From positions 1 to 27,389 of IMG/VR virus record IMGVR_UViG_3300035492_000047: DNA of 27,389 bases. One strand, written 5' to 3'. The DNA comes from a virus. Its lineage: Duplodnaviria; Caudoviricetes. The translations under genes were made by a program, and so were the position numbers. Position 1 is the first letter of the stretch, and each line of letters starts with the position of its first letter. The notes under the pieces are model-generated. The model saw nothing but the letters and a program-made list of their open reading frames with translations. It ran no database searches and was not told the origin of the DNA. Below, piece by piece: positions 7,655-17,401 of the stretch.

Positions 7655-8233
7655 ATGTCACTGGATTTGGTCAAGGTTGGAAAAAGGGTACTCAATGAGG
7701 TTGTGCCTGATAGATTGAGTGGTGTTGCTAATGCCGCATTGGGATTTTTATCTCCAATGAAACAACCACAGCTTGCATATATGTGGGAAATTGAATTTAT
7801 TGATCCTGTGACTGGTGATGCAAATAATACGCTGAAGTATTATGCAAAAGCAGCAGCAATCCCCCCAGTAATCCACGAAACGATAAAAAGATATTATATG
7901 GGTGTAGAGTATTCATATGCATCGAAAGATATATCTCCTAGAGTATTCAGGTGCACATTCTATGACAATCAATCTTTAGAGGCTTATCGGTTTTTTTATA
8001 GATGGAAAGAACTATGTAATTCTGGTGAAGATGCAAGGATGATGAATCCTGAAAGTTATAAAACACAAGTAACTTTAATATTAAAAGATACATCTGACTC
8101 TATCGTTAATGATAGGTTTTACATGCTAGACTGCTACCCTACTGAAATTTCAGAAGTTGCTCTGTCATATAACACCTCAGAAGAAATCACATTTGATGTC
8201 ATGCTATCATTCTCTACTATGAGGATTTTATAA
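7655..8233 (+). CDS. Tail-tube-fold protein (second paralogue; tube initiator/terminator-like)
   Basis: Start moved from 7604 (inside the terminator) to ATG 7655 with GGAG RBS. TFYDN...YRFFYRW and DCYPTEISEVALSY...FDVMLSF parallel the tube protein. Confidence 0.75.
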   Translation: MSLDLVKVGKRVLNEVVPDRLSGVANAALGFLSPMKQPQLAYMWEIEFIDPVTGDANNTLKYYAKAAAIPPVIHETIKRYYMGVEYSYASKDISPRVFRCTFYDNQSLEAYRFFYRWKELCNSGEDARMMNPESYKTQVTLILKDTSDSIVNDRFYMLDCYPTEISEVALSYNTSEEITFDVMLSFSTMRIL

Positions 8234-8994
8234 TGAAATTATTAAACATTGCTAGTAAAGTAGTTAAAGGAAACTTCAAAGATTTAATAGCATCAAACAA
8301 TGAAATTGAAAGAAGAGACTCACCAATATCAAAAGCAATAAAAATAAAAAAAGAACAATTGCCACAATTTGATTATCTTTTTGTTGTTAAAATGCCTGAT
8401 TTAACCATAAATCCAGACGGTAGTTATAGCGATGATATTGAATATTTTGATATGGATATAGAAATAAATCATCGTGTTTTTACTATGACTGCACCAAATT
8501 ACACATATGACACTGTAAAAACACAAACAAAAAATACTTACTGGTACTCTGCATCGAACAGGGATATTGGACAAATATCTATTACGATGGATGAATTTGA
8601 GGATGGTTTGAGTATGAGATATCTTAAAGAATGGTTCAGGCTCATTGAGAATGATGATGGGACATACAATGTCCCATCATATTATAAGAGAGACATTCAA
8701 CTAATAAGATATTCTGGTACAAAGAATGAGCTGAGTGTTTTAACTTATAAAGGCTGTTTCCCAACATCAATTTCTGAATCAACATATTCATATGAGGGTT
8801 CTGGAATTTTGCAATATAACGTAACATTTGCATGTGATACTGTGAGTTTTAATGTTTCTGATAATGTAAGAGCAGCGATTCAAGAAGCACAAGAATCAAT
8901 CAAAAATGAACTACCAGCCTCAAAATCTGGTTCTGGACTTAATATATCAAGTGCTATAAATATACTAGGTAGAGTTGCAGATGTAATTTTTTAA
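8233..8994 (+). CDS. Tail-tube-fold protein (third paralogue, gp54-like)
   Basis: ITMDE...RYLKEW and GCFPTSISESTYSY...YNVTFAC; TAATG overlap with the previous gene. Confidence 0.7.
   Translation: MKLLNIASKVVKGNFKDLIASNNEIERRDSPISKAIKIKKEQLPQFDYLFVVKMPDLTINPDGSYSDDIEYFDMDIEINHRVFTMTAPNYTYDTVKTQTKNTYWYSASNRDIGQISITMDEFEDGLSMRYLKEWFRLIENDDGTYNVPSYYKRDIQLIRYSGTKNELSVLTYKGCFPTSISESTYSYEGSGILQYNVTFACDTVSFNVSDNVRAAIQEAQESIKNELPASKSGSGLNISSAINILGRVADVIF
8955..8962 (+). promoter_or_regulatory. Probable internal late promoter for the gp26-like gene
   Basis: Exact TATAAATA about 50 nt upstream of ATG 9010, inside the end of the previous ORF. Confidence 0.55.
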
Positions 8995-9009
8995 TAAAGA
9001 GAGGAAGAA

Positions 9010-9828
9010 ATGGGGAAAAATATTTTAGTAGAAGATCATGATTTGTCTATTGACAAAGAAGAGAACATATCAATCAGTACAAATAATTCAAACTTTTTGG
9101 AATTACCATCACAGGGGAAGTGTGGGTATGACTCAAAGGTTGAGTATCGTGATATGTTGGTGCAGGATGAAGAACGTCTTGCATCAACAACTCCTGACAT
9201 GTATGCAACTACACTCAACAGTGTAATCAAATCTGTTCTTATGGATAATAAGCAGTTTGAGAACTTCACGGTTGCTGACCGAGATTATGCGCTTGTCTGG
9301 ATTTGGGCAAACAACTACACACCAACCAAAAAAGTGGGCATTACTTGTGCTAATCAAAAATGTAAACATGAGTTTGAGAGTGTAGTCGATCTGACCAAAC
9401 TGGAAGTGACGTATCCAAAAGAAAACTTTGTACGAGAGATGAAGCTGCCAATTAACAAGACTAAAGGTCATGTTACGGTTCGTTTAAATAAAGTTCGTGA
9501 TGAAATTCAGGTTGAAGAGTACATGAAAAAGCACCCAGACGCATCTTATGATTATCTGATGTTGATCGCGTCTATTGACATTGGTGCACCTTTACCATTT
9601 GATAAAAAGGTTGACTGGGTACGTAATAATGTTAGTACAGTAGAGCTTGGTCGAGTAAAGCAGTATCACAAGTATTTTGCGTATGGTTTACCAACCATTG
9701 TTGAACACACTTGTCCTAAGTGTAAGGAGGTCACTAAGTCAGTGATTCCCTTTCAGGGCAGTGATATTCTCTTCCCGCAGTTATCAGGTGATTTTGAACA
9801 ATTCTTACAATCTAACCAAGATTCTTAG
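9010..9828 (+). CDS. gp26: Baseplate hub assembly protein (T4 gp26-like)
   Basis: LELPSQG, YRDMLVQDEERL, DRDYALVWI, and two Cys pairs (CANQKC, CPKC). Confidence 0.75.
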   Translation: MGKNILVEDHDLSIDKEENISISTNNSNFLELPSQGKCGYDSKVEYRDMLVQDEERLASTTPDMYATTLNSVIKSVLMDNKQFENFTVADRDYALVWIWANNYTPTKKVGITCANQKCKHEFESVVDLTKLEVTYPKENFVREMKLPINKTKGHVTVRLNKVRDEIQVEEYMKKHPDASYDYLMLIASIDIGAPLPFDKKVDWVRNNVSTVELGRVKQYHKYFAYGLPTIVEHTCPKCKEVTKSVIPFQGSDILFPQLSGDFEQFLQSNQDS

Positions 9829-9952
9829 GATTCCGCCTGATGTTATCTCTCAGATGAGTATCATGAAATATGATCATTATCTGAAAATGCTGGAAAAGGA
9901 TATAAAGGACAAAGATCCTTTCATCATTCCAAGACCTTCAATAGCCCTGTAA
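9788..9952 (+). CDS. Small hub/tail assembly protein (gp51-like position); start uncertain
   Basis: Fills the gap before the terminator. LRIPPDVISQMSIMKYDHYLKML resembles small post-gp26 chaperones. In-frame GTGs at 9761 and 9788. Confidence 0.5.
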   Translation: MILNNSYNLTKILRIPPDVISQMSIMKYDHYLKMLEKDIKDKDPFIIPRPSIAL

Positions 9953-9968
9953 TGGGCTATTATTTTTT
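9940..9968 (+). terminator. Rho-independent terminator
   Basis: AATAGCCC-TGTAAT-GGGCTATT then AT6. Confidence 0.8.
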
Positions 9969-9969
9969 G

Positions 9970-9977
9970 TGTAAATA
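9970..9977 (+). promoter_or_regulatory. Late promoter variant
   Basis: TGTAAATA right after the terminator, the same arrangement as at 7621 and 22780. Confidence 0.65.
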
Positions 9978-10009
9978 ACATAGTAGAAAACTTTATAAGG
10001 TTGGTAAAA

Positions 10010-12139
10010 ATGGAAAACAGCACATTATTTTTTGAGAATGGTGAGACAATAGATCAGATTTTGTTGAGACATCTGGTAAGTGAAGGTCTTATCCGTGAAA
10101 GTGACATGAAGAAGCACAACGCAATCATGCTGCTGGAAAGTTCTAACACAAGTGACACATTTTATTACAATAAAAGGCCAATAGATCGAGATATCTTAGT
10201 TGCAGTTATGTCTGATGTTAGAAAATATCCAACGAGAAGTGATATTTTTAAACAACTAGGGTTTATTGAATCTGATTTTGGTACAGAACCTAATAAAATT
10301 GAAAATAATATGAGACGCAGTCTCAGTCGAGTTATTGAACATTTCAATAGTACCATGCGAATAGACCTTGGAGATGAGTTTATTCCAACTTTTAAGGATA
10401 GAGAATCATATTATAAAAAATTGGCGAACGTGGATATAAACAGTGATGAACCACAAGAACCAACACTAGATGATATTTCATTTGGTAAGAAGAATAAGAA
10501 TGATCGAACCACTAAAGCATTGAGTAAAATCAACAGCGAAGATCTACTTCGTGGTAATTTCTATGCTGACATGACCAAGATCCCAAAAACTCGCTGGGCA
10601 GGTTGGTTACGGTTCTGGGATCGTGAAAAGACCTCCGTAAAAGATCAGAACCGCCGCTGGAAGAAGACCTTTGTCATGGGTTATCAAATTGAGCCTAATC
10701 TTTTCTATGAGGTTTGGTACAACAGTATTGATTCTACCTATACGATCCATGAACCAAACGGCACTGATGTATCTGGACGTTCACGTTCACTTAATGAGGC
10801 GATTTTAAACTTAACTCGTATGATTGCCCAACGGTCTAAAGAGGATGCTATTGTATTCAATGGTAATAACCCAGAGTCAAAACAACTTGCTCGGTCTATT
10901 CTGAAATCTGTTTCAGACGGTGTAGATCCTCGCGTAAAAGAGTTGGTTCAATTAGACGATAAGATGGCTAAGCAAGAGAAAGCTGAGCGTAGAATGGCAA
11001 TTAAACAACGTAGTGCACGTCTACAGGCAGCTAAATCAAAATTAGCATCATTAGCACGTCCAGAAGGTTTCTTTGGTGATAAGCGTTCTGAGGACGTTGA
11101 TACAGATATCATCATCGGCCAGAATGTTGTTCAAAAAGAACGACACAAAGAAACAGCACCATCTGGATTTAAGAAGAAAGAGAACCAAGTCACACCAGAT
11201 GTAGTTAAGCACTATGAGCGTGAAATGGCTGTTCGTGCTGAACTGGATGCTAAGCGAAAAGCACAAGAAGAAGCTGATCGTAAAGAACAATGGAAGAAAG
11301 ATTTCTTTGATAACATCCCAGCCCAAAAAGGTCCAAAAACTCGCACCGAAGAAATCATGGATGTTCCCGACTTTGCTAAGGGGTATAAAGGTTCTGCTAT
11401 TCAAAAAGCATCTGATAAACGTCAGGAGCAGAAACAACGTCTTAGTCGGAATGCTAAGAAAAAATCTTCAACCACTGAGAAGAGTACTGATACTAAGAAG
11501 CAGAGACAGGCGGAAGTTGCAGCTAAGATGAAGCAAATTCGTGAGTTAGAAGCAAATAAGATTGAAGAGCTTAACGAATCAATTGAAGATGTATTTCTCA
11601 TGATCAATGAGAATATTGGCTCTCTGGATGAAATGGACGAAGACTTTGATGTTGAGGTTCAAGAGTTAACTCAGAACAATCGTTATGACCGTGAAATGGA
11701 TAAAATCCGTGATCAGGCTGAGCGTAGTCAATACACACAGTCAGTCTTGAAACAGAACATCATGGGTAAGATTTATACCTATGAAGAGACTCGTGCACTA
11801 AAACACTTACAACCATCTCTGTTTGGCGGTCGCTTATTCACTGGTAGGAAAGATCCTATTGTCCTACCCACCGATAAACCATCATTGTTCAAGAGAGCTA
11901 AGATGGCATTATTCGGTCAACGTTTTCGTGCAGACTTTATCATCGGTTTCTCATTGGATGGGAAGGTTGATGTCGAGGTATGGTATATTACTGAGCCAAA
12001 CCCAGATAAATCAGCAAACAAAGACACCATATCCACTTTTTATGTGTTTGATGTGACCAGTGGACGTGTGCTGAGACGGTATCTCCCGTACTACAGAAAC
12101 GCACTTCCTATTGTGATGGCAAAGATTGGTGTAATGTAA
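10010..12139 (+). CDS. Large hypothetical protein, probably virion-associated
   Basis: 709 codons from ATG 10010 (AAGGT RBS); charged helical centre and a duplicated EVWY domain; no family recognised. Confidence 0.85.
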   Translation: MENSTLFFENGETIDQILLRHLVSEGLIRESDMKKHNAIMLLESSNTSDTFYYNKRPIDRDILVAVMSDVRKYPTRSDIFKQLGFIESDFGTEPNKIENNMRRSLSRVIEHFNSTMRIDLGDEFIPTFKDRESYYKKLANVDINSDEPQEPTLDDISFGKKNKNDRTTKALSKINSEDLLRGNFYADMTKIPKTRWAGWLRFWDREKTSVKDQNRRWKKTFVMGYQIEPNLFYEVWYNSIDSTYTIHEPNGTDVSGRSRSLNEAILNLTRMIAQRSKEDAIVFNGNNPESKQLARSILKSVSDGVDPRVKELVQLDDKMAKQEKAERRMAIKQRSARLQAAKSKLASLARPEGFFGDKRSEDVDTDIIIGQNVVQKERHKETAPSGFKKKENQVTPDVVKHYEREMAVRAELDAKRKAQEEADRKEQWKKDFFDNIPAQKGPKTRTEEIMDVPDFAKGYKGSAIQKASDKRQEQKQRLSRNAKKKSSTTEKSTDTKKQRQAEVAAKMKQIRELEANKIEELNESIEDVFLMINENIGSLDEMDEDFDVEVQELTQNNRYDREMDKIRDQAERSQYTQSVLKQNIMGKIYTYEETRALKHLQPSLFGGRLFTGRKDPIVLPTDKPSLFKRAKMALFGQRFRADFIIGFSLDGKVDVEVWYITEPNPDKSANKDTISTFYVFDVTSGRVLRRYLPYYRNALPIVMAKIGVM

Positions 12140-12152
12140 GGAATAATGAATA

Positions 12153-14312
12153 ATGGCCGGTAGCTATAAAGATCTTGAAAAAGAGTTTAGAGGAATGGAT
12201 TCGGAGTACCGAGAGTATCTTGGTCTCCTTGGTCTTCGTCATGTGGTCAATGAAACTGCTGACGCATTAGAAAGGCGCAATCTTCCGAATCGTCCAAGGA
12301 TGGATGAATCGTTTGATCCTGTTGGTCGTTTTAAGAACAACATGGATGATTCATTGAATGATTATACCGGACAAGATTCTGAGTTTGATCTTACACAAGA
12401 ATCCATCATCAGTCTTGTTGATAGAATGAGACTAACCACATTCAGATTTAAAATCACCAATGCGTTTGAAGAAATTATTACACCATTACGCACTGAGCTT
12501 GAACGGATCTCTTTTGAAGAATCTCAAATGACATTGAAGCATCACACTGAAGATAACTTGTACTATCAGGCTATTGTTGGTGCGATTGAAAGTATGTCTA
12601 AAAACGTTGAAGGAAATCTAATCCGTTCGCTGGTGATGGAGTACCAACGCTTCACTAGACACCCTGTATGGTCATCTTTACGTTATTTGAATGCTGGTCT
12701 AATCCAACCAGTAGCATCTGGTATAAAAACTATTTTATTCGGGTGGAAGAAAGAGAAGTCTGATACGGATAGAATTGTGGAGGCAGTTAATGAACTGACT
12801 GAGTTTATGATGACCGGTCAGATTGATCGTACTGAATCTTTCATGGACAAGTATATCCGTAAAGGTCTATTGGAATCTCTTGGAGAAAGAGCACTCAGGG
12901 GTCTTGGATACACCAAAGAAGGAGCACAACGTATTGAAGACATGAGAGCATCTGGTCAAGGTGGAATGATTGATGCTATTAAGGATGCATATGCTCGTGG
13001 AGGAAGAGCTGCGTTAGATGATGCACAATTCCAAATACTGAAAGATTCATGGAGTGCTAGATTTTTTACAGATATTGTGAAAAAGGGAAGAATAGTCCAA
13101 CCGAATGAGATGAGTTCTGGTAGGGTTTTTGAATACAATCCATATCAAACTGAAATGTTATCTCTTACTAGAGAGATCAGAAACAGTAACGAACAGATTG
13201 CAAAAACTAATGCGCTATTGTTGCTGGGCACTATGGAGACTGGTGTTTCCATGGAAGAGTTCTTTGGGAATTATAGTCGCGTAACTCAAGAAATGTTTGA
13301 GATTGTTTCGGTTGGACAGAGCGATAGAATAACACACTCTATATCAGGGCTAACCTCTAGTATGGTAAAACAACACAAAGAACAATTTGAGATGCAAGAA
13401 TTGTTGTTAGAATCAACAGAGAGTGTAGAAAAACATACCAAAGACACAGCAAGAAGAACAAGACGCGGTTTTGGTAATTTGATGACCTTAATTGGTGCTA
13501 CCTTAATTGGTGCTGTTACTGCACTCGGTACATTAATAACTGGGGCATTGACAACTCTTGGAACATCCCTTGTTGCTGCAATAATTGGTAATGGTGTTAG
13601 GAGAAGTGCGCCTGTTGTGGTTGGTGGTGATACTCCAGATGCACAAAAAAATAATCAAAAACAAAAAAATAATCAAAAACGAAAACCTGCAAAAAAAATG
13701 GATTGGGGGAAAGCAGGGGCAGGCGCAACTGGAGGTTGGGTTGGAGCAATCGCTGGTGGTGCTTATATGGTTGCTGACTATTATTATGACACTTTACTAG
13801 ATGTAATAAAAAGTAGAACAGACGAAGAAATGAAAGTCATAGATTCTATGTATGATGATATGAACTCACTTTTCACCCCAGTAGGTCCGGTATTACACGG
13901 AACACCGCTTTTAAAACAAATTCAGGAAGAAGTGAAGCATCTGACTAAGGCTAAAAAAGACGCAACTATGTCACACATTGATCCTGTGACTGGGGCGACA
14001 ATTAATAACGAAAGGAACTATACTCCTGCTGAATTACTGTTAAAGACGAAAAACACATTAAATAATACAGCAAGTCAAGCAATGGAACAAGTAGATACAA
14101 TAACCACTGCTGCCAAAAACGCAGTAGAAAAAATGGCATCTGCTGATGAAGTAGCACACCAAGCACAACTACGAGCAATAGAACTCTGGACTGAGGCCGG
14201 TCTCCGATTAGAAAAAGAAGTAAAAGCCTTACAGAGAATTAAAGAAGAACGTAATTTTGAAAGACAAGTTAATGATGACCTTTCAGAAGCACTAAAGGCG
14301 ATTAACTTTTAA
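12153..14312 (+). CDS. Probable tape measure protein
   Basis: 719 aa, helical, with a hydrophobic Gly/Ala/Thr stretch and a GAGATGGWVGAIAGG segment; lies between tube/chaperone and baseplate genes. Confidence 0.65.
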   Translation: MAGSYKDLEKEFRGMDSEYREYLGLLGLRHVVNETADALERRNLPNRPRMDESFDPVGRFKNNMDDSLNDYTGQDSEFDLTQESIISLVDRMRLTTFRFKITNAFEEIITPLRTELERISFEESQMTLKHHTEDNLYYQAIVGAIESMSKNVEGNLIRSLVMEYQRFTRHPVWSSLRYLNAGLIQPVASGIKTILFGWKKEKSDTDRIVEAVNELTEFMMTGQIDRTESFMDKYIRKGLLESLGERALRGLGYTKEGAQRIEDMRASGQGGMIDAIKDAYARGGRAALDDAQFQILKDSWSARFFTDIVKKGRIVQPNEMSSGRVFEYNPYQTEMLSLTREIRNSNEQIAKTNALLLLGTMETGVSMEEFFGNYSRVTQEMFEIVSVGQSDRITHSISGLTSSMVKQHKEQFEMQELLLESTESVEKHTKDTARRTRRGFGNLMTLIGATLIGAVTALGTLITGALTTLGTSLVAAIIGNGVRRSAPVVVGGDTPDAQKNNQKQKNNQKRKPAKKMDWGKAGAGATGGWVGAIAGGAYMVADYYYDTLLDVIKSRTDEEMKVIDSMYDDMNSLFTPVGPVLHGTPLLKQIQEEVKHLTKAKKDATMSHIDPVTGATINNERNYTPAELLLKTKNTLNNTASQAMEQVDTITTAAKNAVEKMASADEVAHQAQLRAIELWTEAGLRLEKEVKALQRIKEERNFERQVNDDLSEALKAINF
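13485..13514 (+). repeat. 15-bp tandem repeat x2 (TLIGA)
   Basis: ACCTTAATTGGTGCT twice, exact. Confidence 0.9.
13644..13679 (+). repeat. 18-bp tandem repeat x2 (QKNNQK)
   Basis: CAAAAAAATAATCAAAAA twice, exact. Confidence 0.9.
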
Positions 14313-14320
14313 GGAATAGT

Positions 14321-15085
14321 ATGGAACTTATTAATTTTAGCAGACAAAGCATCCTTGAAAGAGTAGGTGACGAAAAATTCTTAGTAAAAATCTATAATGC
14401 CGATTATAAGGTTTACGCACCATTACCAGACGGATTCGGGTTTACTGTTGGATCTGAATATTCAAGTCCATTTGACGTTTCTTCTCTTTCAGGTGGATTA
14501 CAAAAAGCATATGCAATTGCAGGGTTTGCCCAAAAGATTGGTATGTATATGCGTAAATTATATACCAACCCAGAACCTACTGAGCTTAGCATTGAGATGG
14601 AATTCACCGCAGAAAATGATACGTGGAATGATGTATTATACCCAGTCATTGCATTGAAGTTGATGGCACTAGGTTCAATATTAGATCTGCGCGATATAAA
14701 TGAAAAAACAAGAAACGCATTCACTACATTAAGTAATGGCCTGAAAAGTGTTGCAGAGACGTTTGGTTTAGAGAACCCTGAAATTGATGATGGATACGTT
14801 GTCCAGTTCGATGAAAACTCAAGTCTTGGTGAAAAAGCAGATGGTATTTTAAAAACAATAGGTTTCATTTCAGCACCAAAATTTGTTAATGTAAAATTTG
14901 GTAACGTTATGACTTGGGAAAAATGTTATATCACATCAGTAGCAACATCATTCAGCAATGTTCTTGATTCTCGCGGCTATCCATTATCTGCAAAATGTAC
15001 TGTTACAATCACCCCAGAGAAATATCCGGTTGCTGATGATATTCTTGAGATGTATGGACCTAAGAATACAAGAGGACTGCGGTAA
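14321..15085 (+). CDS. Baseplate tail-tube cap/initiator (gp48-like)
   Basis: C-terminal PKFVNVKFG...CYITSVATSFS...GYPLSAKCTVTI pattern; position after the tape measure. Confidence 0.6.
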   Translation: MELINFSRQSILERVGDEKFLVKIYNADYKVYAPLPDGFGFTVGSEYSSPFDVSSLSGGLQKAYAIAGFAQKIGMYMRKLYTNPEPTELSIEMEFTAENDTWNDVLYPVIALKLMALGSILDLRDINEKTRNAFTTLSNGLKSVAETFGLENPEIDDGYVVQFDENSSLGEKADGILKTIGFISAPKFVNVKFGNVMTWEKCYITSVATSFSNVLDSRGYPLSAKCTVTITPEKYPVADDILEMYGPKNTRGLR

Positions 15086-15423
15086 TGTCAGAAGCATTTA
15101 GAAAGCGATTATACGGTCAGGTTACGGTGGATGGAAATACTGAATTAGACTATCTGAATACACTTCTCCCGATCATGGATCTTACTGACGTAGACACCAT
15201 AGTAATCAATGCAGGTATTGAGAATAGACCAGATCTCATCTCATATAAATTCTATGGTAACTTTGACTACGGGTGGTTGATTGCACATCACAATGATATT
15301 GACGATCCGACTACTGGATTTTATTTAAGTAGGAAGATAAGAATACCCTCACTTGATGATTACTTCAAGTTCTTGAATCTTTATGCAAAAACAACTAAAT
15401 CTAAACTAAGAGATAGATTATGA
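15085..15423 (+). CDS. gp53: Baseplate wedge LysM-like protein (gp53-like)
   Basis: RPDLISYKFYG...WLIAHHNDIDDP...IRIP. Confidence 0.85.
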   Translation: MSEAFRKRLYGQVTVDGNTELDYLNTLLPIMDLTDVDTIVINAGIENRPDLISYKFYGNFDYGWLIAHHNDIDDPTTGFYLSRKIRIPSLDDYFKFLNLYAKTTKSKLRDRL

Positions 15424-16718
15424 CAGAAAATTTTGATTTGGTCATTTTTGAGAGATCGTTATTCTCAAGAACCAATGATACAAACGCCATGGTATCTTTA
15501 AGGTGTAATAAGTCAAATGAGCTTATGCATTGTATACCAACGTCCATGTCAGTGCTCCAGAGCATGGGTATGCTATCTCCTATGGTATCTGTCACATTCA
15601 CCGACATAAACGGTGATTTATTCAACAATCTAAAACCAGATATGTCTGACGTGTTTTTGTTGAAGTATGCACGTAGTGAATCTGAGGTTGCTGAAATCAG
15701 ATTAAAGATTGTCAACGTAGAGTACACGGGAACTGTTATAGGATCAACTGGTAGTATAGCATTCAGAGTAATTTTCATGGGTGAGAATTGGTATGAGATG
15801 AATTCTAAATGCTATAACAGAGGATGGGGCAATGTACCTCTATCAACAGTTGTGTCTGAAATCACAAAAGATGGGAAATACACTGAGACAAAAATTCACG
15901 CTACCTCTGATAAATTCGAGTCAGTTGTCCAATGCTATGAGACAAACAAATCTTTAATGAAATGGATTTTAGATAACGCATACTCAGACACAAATGATGG
16001 ACATTACTCTTACGGTGTGAATATTGACGGTCAGTTTTTCTTTAAGAACCTAGACAAACATATTAACGACTATCGTCCACGTATGAGAAATAATGATGTT
16101 ATTAGATTTTCATTATTCTCTCCAAGTTTAGATGAGAAGAAAACATTAGACCAGAAAAAAGAAAATAGATTTATACCAGCATACTTTGTTGGATTTTCTG
16201 GTGAGAATAACTATCAGAAATTAGTGGATACTTACGCATCTGGTACTAAAACTTCTTATTTTGATTTTGATTCTGGTCAGTATAAAACAAAAACAGTTCG
16301 AGTGAATGATCTAAACTGTAATACTCTGACTGATGTAAGTTCGCTATATGACGAACATAGTGGAAACAATAAGGTGATGTATCTCGGTACTGATGACAAA
16401 GTTGATAAAAAGACGAGAACAAAATTATCTCGCGCTTTATTCGACTCTTCTAATATCAAGATCATGACAGAGGGCACACCCAACGTGTCAATATTTGATG
16501 TGGTTGATCTAGACATAAATAACACAAGTCAGTTCAACATCACATCAAAGAACCTGATACATTCTGGATTTTATGTGGTTAAGAACATTACTACATCTTT
16601 CTCATTCCAAGAAAGTGTTGTCATTACTTCAACAATTACTCTAACAAGACATGGTGTGAATGTTAACTCTATTGATAATTTTGACGATATGCAAGAAACT
16701 GCGAGAGGGAAAATCTGA
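15420..16718 (+). CDS. Baseplate hub protein (gp27/gpD-like)
   Basis: 432 aa between gp53 and the spike; VVQCYETN, GTPNVSIFDVV, SGFYVVKNIT...ITLTR. Confidence 0.7.
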   Translation: MTENFDLVIFERSLFSRTNDTNAMVSLRCNKSNELMHCIPTSMSVLQSMGMLSPMVSVTFTDINGDLFNNLKPDMSDVFLLKYARSESEVAEIRLKIVNVEYTGTVIGSTGSIAFRVIFMGENWYEMNSKCYNRGWGNVPLSTVVSEITKDGKYTETKIHATSDKFESVVQCYETNKSLMKWILDNAYSDTNDGHYSYGVNIDGQFFFKNLDKHINDYRPRMRNNDVIRFSLFSPSLDEKKTLDQKKENRFIPAYFVGFSGENNYQKLVDTYASGTKTSYFDFDSGQYKTKTVRVNDLNCNTLTDVSSLYDEHSGNNKVMYLGTDDKVDKKTRTKLSRALFDSSNIKIMTEGTPNVSIFDVVDLDINNTSQFNITSKNLIHSGFYVVKNITTSFSFQESVVITSTITLTRHGVNVNSIDNFDDMQETARGKI

Positions 16719-17350
16719 TGCAAGGTAACTATAGAGCATTGGTTGTTGATAATAAAGACCCTAAAGGTAATACCGGTCGTATCAAAGTTCGGGTATATGG
16801 TATGCATGATGGCGTTAAAGAGTCTGCATTACCATGGGCGCAGTATGCTGACACCACAATGATGGGATCTCTACGTGTACCAGATAAAGGCTCTAATGTA
16901 TGGGTGTTCTTTGAGGCAGGTGAAATTGATCAGCCTATTTACTTTGCTTGTGCACCAGCAAAACCAGATGTACCTGAAGAAGCATCTACTGATTATCCTA
17001 AGAATAGAGTCATTAAAACTAAATCTGGAATTTTGATTGAGATTAATGATGAACAAAATATCGTAAATGTTGAAGTTGGTAACACAAAACACACTATCAA
17101 TGGTCAAGACAACACTGTTAAAGTAATAGCAGAAAAAATCCAACTTGGCTCTGATGGTTCTGTTGAACAGTCAGTACTAGGCAAACAACTAGAGACTTGG
17201 ATTAATAACACACTTATTCCATGGATGAACTCGCACAGACATCTTTCAGCTGCACCAAGTCAACCAACATCACCTCCCACTGCACCATTCCAAGCTGGCT
17301 CAGCTGCGCCTAATGGCTCAGTATACTCTAAGAAGAATACCAATCAATAA
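16718..17350 (+). CDS. Baseplate central spike (gp5 N-terminal OB fold / gpV-like), no lysozyme domain
   Basis: YRALVVDNKDP...GRIKVRV...LPWA...VPDKGSNVWVFFEAG; short beta-helix; C-terminal HRH. Confidence 0.9.
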   Translation: MQGNYRALVVDNKDPKGNTGRIKVRVYGMHDGVKESALPWAQYADTTMMGSLRVPDKGSNVWVFFEAGEIDQPIYFACAPAKPDVPEEASTDYPKNRVIKTKSGILIEINDEQNIVNVEVGNTKHTINGQDNTVKVIAEKIQLGSDGSVEQSVLGKQLETWINNTLIPWMNSHRHLSAAPSQPTSPPTAPFQAGSAAPNGSVYSKKNTNQ

Positions 17351-17355
17351 ACACA

Positions 17356-17395
17356 CCCATAACTTACACAATAAATAAAGGTAGGTTATGGGAGT
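17356..17395 (+). promoter_or_regulatory. Hairpin covering the gp25 RBS, with a late-promoter variant in the loop
   Basis: CCCATAACTTAC (17356-17367) pairs with GTAGGTTATGGG (17381-17392); AATAAATA at 17370-17377. Confidence 0.7.
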
Positions 17396-17401
17396 TAATG
17401 C

